A stretch of 64,000 nucleotides of DNA from the human T2T-CHM13v2.0 reference genome, Homo sapiens, in NCBI RefSeq assembly GCF_009914755.1, contig NC_060925.1; one strand, given 5' to 3'. Both the position numbers and the translations under genes were made by a program. Position 1 is the first letter of the stretch, and each line of letters begins with the position of its first letter. Of the stretch, positions 54,835-64,000 are shown piece after piece. The notes under the pieces are model-generated. The model did no database searches. It was not told the origin of the DNA and worked only from the letters and a program-made list of their open reading frames with translations.

Positions 54835-56751
54835 TGTGTCCGGAATTGGTGGGTTCTTGGTCTCACTGACTTCAAGGATGAAGCCGCAAACCCTCGTGGT
54901 GAGTGTTACAGCTCTTAAGGTGGCGCATCTGGAGTCTGTCCCTTCTGATGTTCAGATGTGTTTGGAGTTTCTTCCTTCTGGTGGGTTCGTGGTCTTGCTG
55001 GCTCAGGAGTGAAGCTGCAGACCTTCGTGGTGAGTGTTACAGCTCTTAAGGTGGCGCATCTGGAGTCTGTCCCTTCTGATGTTCTGATGTGTTCGGAGTT
55101 TCTTCCTTCTGGTGGGTTCGTGGTCTCGCTGGCTCAGGAGTGAAGCTGCAGACCTTCGTGGTGAGTGTTACAGCTCTTAAGGCAGCACGTCTGGAGTTGT
55201 TCGTTCCTCCCAGTGGGCTCATGGTCTTGCTGGGCTCAGGAGTGAAGCTGCAGATCTTCGCGGTGAGTGTTACAGCTCATAAAAGCAGCGTGGACCCAAA
55301 GAGTGAGCAGTAGCAAGATTTATTGCAAAGAGCGAAAGAACAAAGCTTCCACAGTGTGGAAGGGGACCCGAGAAGGTTGCCAATGCTGGCTCGGGCAGCC
55401 TGCTTTTATTGTCTTTTCTGGCCCCACCCACATCCTGCTGATTGGTAGAGCCGAGTGGCCTGTTTTGTCAGGGCGCTGATTGGTGCGTTTACAATCCCTG
55501 AGCTAGATACAAAGGTTCTCCACGTCCCCATCAGATTAGTTAGATACAGAGTTTCTACACACAGGTTCTCCAGGGCCCCACCAGAGCAGCTAGATACAGA
55601 GTGTCGATTGGTGCACTCACAAACCTTGAGCTAAACACAGGGTGCTGATTGGGGTATTTACAATCCCTGAGCTAGACATAAAGGTTCACCAAGGCCCCGC
55701 CAGAGCAGCTAGATACACAGTGTCGATTGGTGCACTCACAAACCTTGAGCTAAACAGAGGGTGCTGATTGGTGTATTTACAAACCTTGAGCTAGATACAG
55801 AGTGCCGATTGGTGTATTTACAATCCTTGAGCTAGACATAAAGGTTCTCCACATCCTCACCAGAGCAGCTAGATACGGAGTGTTGATTGGTGCACTCACA
55901 AACCTTGAGCTAAACACAGGGTGCTGGTTGGGGTATTTACAATCCCTGAGCTAGACATAAAGGTTCTCCAAGGCCCCACCAGAGCAGCTAGATACAGAGT
56001 GTTGATTGGTGCACTCACAAACCTTGAGCTAGACACAGGGTGCTGATTGGTGTGTTTACAATCTCTGAGCTAGATATAAAGACTCTCCACGTCCCCACCA
56101 GACCAGGAGCCCAGCTGGCTTCACCGAGTGGATCCCGCACTGGGGCTGCAGGTGGAGCTGCCTGCCAGTCCCATGCCATGAGCTCGTACTCGTCAGCCCT
56201 TGGGTGGTCGATGGGACTGGGCGCCGTGGAGCAGGGGATGGTATTCGTTGGGGAGGCTCGGGCTGCACAGGAACCCACGGAGGCAGGGGAAGGCTTAGGC
56301 ATGGCGGGCTGCAGGTCTCGAGCCCTGCCCCGTGGGAAGGCAGCTAAGGCTCAGCGAGAAATCGAGCGTAGCGCCGGTGGGCTGGCACTGCTGGGGGACC
56401 CAGTACACCCTCCGCAGCTGCTGGCCCGGGTGCTAAGCCCCTCACTGCCCGGGGCCAGCAGGGCTGGCCGGCTGCTCTGAGTGCGGGGCCCTCCAAGCCC
56501 ATGCCCACCTAGAACTCCAGCTGGCCCGCAAGCACCATGTGCAGCCCTGGTTCCCGCTCACGCCTCTCCCTCCACACCTCCCCGCAAGCTGAGGGAGTGG
56601 GCTCCAGCCTTGGCCAGCCCAGAAAGGGGCTCCCACAGTGTAGTGGTGGGCTGAAGGGCTCCTCAAATGCTGCCAAAGTGGGAGCCCAGGCAGAGGAGGT
56701 GCCAAGAGCAAGTGAGGGCTCTGAGGACTGCCAGCACGCTGTCACCTCTTA
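54835..56751 (-). mobile_element. 5' LTR (LTR12-type, 1917 bp)
   Basis: Homologous to 48805-50594 with one extra 131-bp U5 unit; terminal TG mutated to TA; AATAAA promoter box at 55404-55410. Confidence 0.95.
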
Positions 56752-56797
56752 ATCCTACTGTGCTATCAAACACTAGAATGTATTTCTTCTATCTAAC

Positions 56798-57116
<319 letters not shown>

Positions 57117-57377
57117 TATCTAACTGTATTTTTAAACCCTTAAGCCAACCTGTGTTCATTCCCCTTACTCCTACACTTCCTAGCCTCTGGTAACCATCAT
57201 TTTATTCGCAACTTCCAGGAGATCAATTTTTTTAGCTCCCACATATGAGTAAGAACATGCAATGTTTGTGTTTCTGTGCCTGGCTTATTTCACTTAACAT
57301 AATAACCTCCAGTTTGATCTGTGTTGCTGCAAAGGAAAGGATTTTATTCCTTTTTATGGCTGAATGGTATTCTGTTG

Positions 57378-57462
57378 TGTATGTATATGTGTATATATAT
57401 ATTATATATATATATACACATACATATGTATTATATATATACACACATACATATATATATAT
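57378..57462. repeat. TA/CA-rich microsatellite inside L1
   Basis: Directly visible. Confidence 0.9.
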
Positions 57463-58548
57463 CAAAATTTCCTTATCCATCCACTAGTGGACAGTTAGGT
57501 TAATTCAGTATTTTGGTTATTATGAATAGTGCTGCAGTAAACATGGGCATGCAGCTATCTCTTTGATATACTGATTTCCTTTTTTTTGGATGTATACTCA
57601 GCAGTGAGGTTGCTGGATCATATGGTACATCTATTTTTAGTTTTTTGAGGAAACTCCATGCTTTTACTCATAGTGGCTGTACTAATTGCCATTCCCACCA
57701 GCAGTGAACTAGTATTCCCCTTTCTCCACATCCTCACCAGTACCTGTTATTGTTTGTCTTTTTGATAATAGCAGTTTTAACAGGGATGAGATGATATCTC
57801 AATGTGATTTTGATTTGCATTTCCCTGATGATTAGTGATGTTGAACATTTTTTCGTAAATGTTTGTTGGTCATTTGTATGTCTTCTTTTGAGAAATGTCT
57901 ATTTAGATCATTTGCCCATTTTAAAATAAGATGATGATGATGATTGTTATTATTATTTTGCTATTGAGTTTGAACTCCTTATGTATTCTGTTTATTAATA
58001 CTTTATCACATAGACAGCTTGCAAATAGTTTCTCCCATTATGTAGGTTGTCTCTGCATTCTGTCGATTATTTCCTTTGCTGTGCAAAAGCTTTTCAGCTT
58101 GATGTATTTCCATTTGTCTATTTTTGCTTTTGTTGCCTGTGCTTTTGCAGTCTTACCCAAAATATCTGCCTAGACCAATGTTCTAAAGTGTTTCACCAAT
58201 GTTTTCTTCTGTAGTTTCATAGTTTCAGGTCTTACATTTAATTCTTTAATCCACTTTAATTTAATTTTTGAATACGGTGAGAAATAGAGGTCTAGTTTTA
58301 TTCTTCTGCATATGGATATTCAATTTTCCTAGAACTATTTATTGATGAGCCTGTTCTTTCCCCATTGAATGTTCTTGGTTACTTGTCAAAAATCAGTTGG
58401 CAGTAAATATGTGGATTTATTTCTGGGTTCTCTATTCTGTTCCATTGTGCCTATGTGTCCGTTTTTATGCCAGGTCCAAGCTGTTTTGGTTACTGTAGCT
58501 TTGTAGTACATATTAGAGTCAGCTCATGTGATGCCTCCAGCTTTGTTA

Positions 58549-59265
<717 letters not shown>

Positions 59266-60304
59266 TCATTGATATTTTGATACAGATTGCATTGAATCTA
59301 TAGATTGCTTTTGGGAGTACAATTTTTTTTACAATATTCTTCCCATTCATAGACATAGGATATATTTCCATTTTTTGGTGACATCTTCAATTTCTTTCAT
59401 CAGTGTTTTATGGTTTTTCCTTGCAGCGATCTTTCACCTCTTTGGTTAAATTTATTTATGGGTGTGTTTTTAAAAGTAGCTATTGTAAAAGGGATTGCTT
59501 CCTTGATTTTTTTTTTTATGCTAGTTCATTGCTGGTATATAGAAACACTACTGATTTTTATATGCTAATTTTGTATCGTGAAACTTTATTGAATTTATCA
59601 GCTCTAAGAGTGTCTTGGTGGAGCTTGTTAGGGTTTTCTATATATGAGATCATGTTATCTGCAAACAGGGACAATTTGGCTTCCTCTTTTTCAATTTGGA
59701 TGCTCTTTATTCCTTTCTGTTGCCTAATTGCTCTGGCTAGGACTTCCAGTACTATGTTGAATAAGAGTGGTAAGAGTGGTCATCCTTGTCTTGTTCTGGT
59801 TCTTAGAGAAAAGCTTTCAGTTTTTCCCCAATCAGTGTATTGTTAAATATGGGTTTGTCTTATATGGCCTTTAGAGTGTTGAGGTATGCTTTTTTTATAT
59901 CTAGCTTGTTTAGGGTTTTTATCATGAAACGTTGTTGAATGTTATCAAATGCTTTTTGCATCTATTGAGATGATATTTTTTTTTATTCTTCATTGTGTTT
60001 ATGTGATGTGTCACATTTATTGATTTGTGTATGTTAACTATTCTTGCATCCCTGTGATAAATCTCACTTGTATCCTCTTGCTGAATTGATCTCTTTTTCT
60101 TTACATAATAACCTCCTTTGCCTCTTTTTATACTTTTGACTTAAAAAATCTGTTTAATCTCATATAAGCATAGCTACTCCTGTTTGCTTTTGGTTTCTGT
60201 TTACATGGAATATCTTTTTCCATCCTTTCACTTTGCATCTATATGTGTTTCCACAGGTGAAGGAAGATTCTTGTAGGTAGCACATAAGTGGGTCATTTTT
60301 TTAA

Positions 60305-60653
<349 letters not shown>

Positions 60654-63600
60654 CAGCAAGTCTATCTTTTAAGTGGGGAATTTAATCCATTTACATCCAA
60701 GGTTATTATTGATAGGAGAGGAGTGACTCCTGTCATTTGTAAATTGTTTTCTAGATTATTTTGTATATCCTTTGTTAATTTCTTCTTCTATTATTGTTTC
60801 TTATTGTGATTTGGTAGGTTTTTGTAGTACTGAGGCTTGATCCTTTTCTTTCTCCTTTGTGTATCTGCTCTGCCAGTGAGTTTATACTTTTCTATGTTCT
60901 CATGATTGTGATTATCATCTTTTTGCTTCCAAACGTAGGACTCCCTTGAGCATTTCTTGTAGAGCCAGTTTAGTGGTGATGGATTCCCTCAGTTTTTCCT
61001 TTTCTGGGAAAGACTTTGTTTCTCCCTCATTTCTGAAGAATAGACTTGCTGGGTGTGGTATTCTCAGTTGACAGCTTTTTTTCCACCCCTTTCAGATCTT
61101 GGGCTATATCATCCCTTTCTCTCCTGGCCTGTAAGATTTCTGCTGAGAATTTTGCTGTTTGTCTAATGGGATTCCCTTATATGTGACCTAACACTTTTCT
61201 TTTACTGTTTTTAGAATTTTCTCTTTGTCTTTGACTATTGACAACTTGACTATAATATACTTCAGGAAGGACCTTTTTGGGGTTGAATCTATTTAGGGAC
61301 TTGAGCTTCCTAGATCTGAATATTCATATCTCTCCCCAGACTTGGGACATTTTCAGCTATTATTTCATTAAGTAGGTTTTCTATACCTTTTTACATCTCT
61401 TTTCTTTCTGGAACTCCTGTAATATGAATATTTATTCACTTAATAGTATCCCTTAGGTTTTGTAGGCTTTCTTTACTCTTTTTCATTTTTATTTCTTTTC
61501 TTTCTCTCACTGGGTAATGTCAAACAATTTATCTTCAAGTTCAGAGATCCTTTTTTCTGCTTGATCAAGTCTGCTGTGGAAGCTCTTCATTATATTTTTA
61601 AATTCCATTCATTGAATTCATTAGCTGTGTTTCTTTTTTGTGATATCTATCTCTTCACTGAATTTCTCATTCATATCATGTATTATTTTTCTGATTTCAT
61701 CAAATAGTCTATCTGTATTTTTTGAATTTCATTAAGTTTCCTTAAGATCATTATTTTGAATTCCTTTTCTGACAATGTATCGATTTCTTTTTAATTGGGG
61801 TCTGTTTCTAGAGAGTTATTATGTTCCTTTGGTGGTGTCATGTTTTCTTGCTTTCTTCATGTTCCTTGTGTCCTTGCATTGAGGTCTGTGTATCTGGTGG
61901 AACAATTGCCTCTTCTAAACTTTCTAGAGTGGCTTTCTTAGAGAAATACTTTTACCTCAGTTGAATTTTAATGTGCCAGTTGGGAAGGGTGGTTCACGTA
62001 GGTTCGGTGGTATAGTCTTTGTGCAGCTTCTTTGGCTGTGTTTGACATCAGCAATAACTATGGGCATATCAGTGGCCTAGACTACAGAAGTTTGTGGTAG
62101 TGGTGGTGGCAGTATAGGTTGTTAATGTCCTTGGTAGCAAGGGCTATTCTATTCTTATTTTCTCCATAATGGGAAGACTTAGCTGAAAGTCTCCCTCTTG
62201 GGGTCAGGTCTGACATGGCATAGAAGCAGTTGCCATGACACTGGGTTTCAAGTACAGGTGCTCAAAGCAACTGTGGGGCAAGGTCTTACTTAGGCTCAAG
62301 GTCTTGTGAACCTATAGTGGCACTTGAGTCTTGGGATGCAGAGTGATCTCTGTGTCAGGGCTGGATATAGGATGCCTATAGTGCCTAGCAGCTTGGCTTC
62401 AGGGGGTCAGTTTGTAACTGTAATTCTACCCCTGATGGGCAGGGTGCAGCCGTGGTTTAACTTGGAGGAAGAAGAAGTGCTCTGGAAGTGTGAGACCAGG
62501 TTGCAGGATATGGCTGTAATTGCTGTAATTTGGAAACCTGCACCAATAGAGCTCAGTGGCAACTTGGATCCCTAGGGGTGAGGAATTGTGTAGTGGGGAT
62601 TCTAAACTCTACAATGGTGGGACTTGGCAGTATCCCAGTCTCTGTAAGGCCAGATGCAGCAGCAGCAAGCATCCCAAAATAATCAAGCACACTGTTTTTT
62701 GGGCTGTACCAGGGCAGGGAGCAGCACAACAATGACTCTACTCCCTGGGAGAAGAGTGTCTCAGGAGCTCAGACTCAGGGGGCCTAGTCCAGCTCTAGGG
62801 AAGAATAATACTAGAGTTGTCTGGCCAGTAGGGTGGGGTGTCTTAGCCAACCACTGCTGTATTTCCCTGGGACCTAGGGTACTATGTCAGCACAGCCCTA
62901 GGACGTGCAGCTGCTCAGCTTGGTTGAGGCACTGATTCCCCAGTGGGCAATGTGCCACTCCAGCTCAGTCCTGAGGGATGTGACTATGCTGGATGGCCTC
63001 AACACCATTTTCCTGGGATATAGGGCTCTGCCAAAAGCATTGTTCCCTGGGGAGCTTCCCTGAGGAGCTGAAACTAGTGCAGTTTCAGCTCAGGCCCCTA
63101 CGAGTAGAGTGCTGCCTAGTGTGACAGAAGTGGATGGAGCTGTTTTACCAAAGTAATGATTCTCCACGAAAGAGCGTGCAGTTTCAGCTCTGGAATGAGT
63201 GGGTAGGGGAGGGGGATGTGGAGTCGTTCCACTGCTGCTTGGCCCCATGGGGAAAGGTGTAACAGTTGCTCACAGCTCCGCTTGGAGATGTCAGGTCACT
63301 GGGTGGTGGTGTCTCAGCAGCAGTTTACCCTTAGGGATGAAGGGGTGAATGGCTACTCACCCCGAGAGCAAGACACATTCCAACAGTAGCTCCAGTTCCA
63401 AGACACCAAGACGGTGTAGTACAATAGCCATGCAGGCCACAGGGGGTGGGGCACAGTGTTGGCTCCATTTCTGAGGGAGCACAGTTGTGTACCTGTAGGC
63501 AGCTCCCTCAGCTGGGCTTAGTGCCTCTGAGAGCTGTAGGAGATCCCAGTGGTGAGGACTGTAGGTGTACAAGGTGCTGATAGGGGCTACTGGGATCTTC

Positions 63601-63874
63601 TTGCTTACGTTTTGCTGTAGGGAGAAGTTCTTCCTGGTTTCCAGCTGCTCTTACCTGGGCAATGGGGTGGTGGGGTCCCAGTGTTTCCTTCTGTTCTCTA
63701 TGTGGCCATCCTGAGTTTCTGTGCTCACCAGAGTTTCTGTTTCTCCTTTGACAGAATTCTGCACTCTCCTTTAGTTATTTTTTTTTTAAATGTCGTTGTT
63801 TATTCTTTTAGTTGTTTTTGTGCAGAAGATGAGTGTCAGGGATTTCTAACTGGCCATCTTGCTGATGTCACACT

Positions 63875-64000
63875 AGGAGACATGTTATTAGCTCATATAA
63901 TATTCACAATAACTCTGTAGAATATGTACTAATATTATTTTTCCCTGCCTTTTTTTTCTTGTGGAGAAAATTGAGGCAGAGAGGTAGGTTTGCCCTTAAT
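63875..64000 (-). mobile_element. MIR half (partner half about 48525-48590)
   Basis: ctcatataatattcacaataactctgtag...gagaaaattgaggcagagagg; the left flank of the L1 has taataatgatagct..cattgggcatctact..gtgctaag. Confidence 0.6.

Larger units (their letters stand above)
48805..56751 (-). mobile_element. HERV9/ERV9 provirus, internally deleted, antisense to TNN; 4-bp TSD ATCC (48801-48804, 56752-56755)
   Basis: Two homologous LTR12-type LTRs, tRNA-Arg PBS, PPT, gag-pro, RNaseH tail and env TM remnants. Confidence 0.95.

Overview
Human genomic DNA (dense Alu/L1/MIR/LTR content, including a human-specific AluYb8) carrying the promoter and 5' part of TNN (tenascin-N / tenascin-W) on the + strand. 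I read a non-coding exon 1 (ends 15664) and coding exons 2-9 (25113-46324). These give 2119 nt of CDS: signal peptide, heptad/assembly region, 3.5 EGF-like repeats and five FN3 domains. All introns are GT-AG and every coding junction is phase 1. The gene continues past the window end. The large intron 9 holds a nested stack. A MIR is split by an old, internally deleted antisense L1, which is itself split by an antisense, pol-deleted HERV9/ERV9 provirus (two LTR12-type LTRs, Arg PBS, PPT, ATCC TSD, nearly intact gag-pro), an AluYb8 and an Alu-in-Alu. No prokaryote-type system (CRISPR, operon etc.) is present. The most interesting unexplained signals are (i) a perfect 21-bp non-Alu inverted repeat in intron 6 that extends to 27 bp on the sense RNA through G-U pairs, (ii) an exon architecture in which any back-splice onto exon 2 gives a stop-free circular ORF, (iii) a 23-bp minisatellite built from DR1-like nuclear-receptor elements, and (iv) the antisense ERV9 with asymmetric LTRs. 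Repeat family names are from recall of consensus sequences, not a database search, and boundaries of old repeats are approximate.
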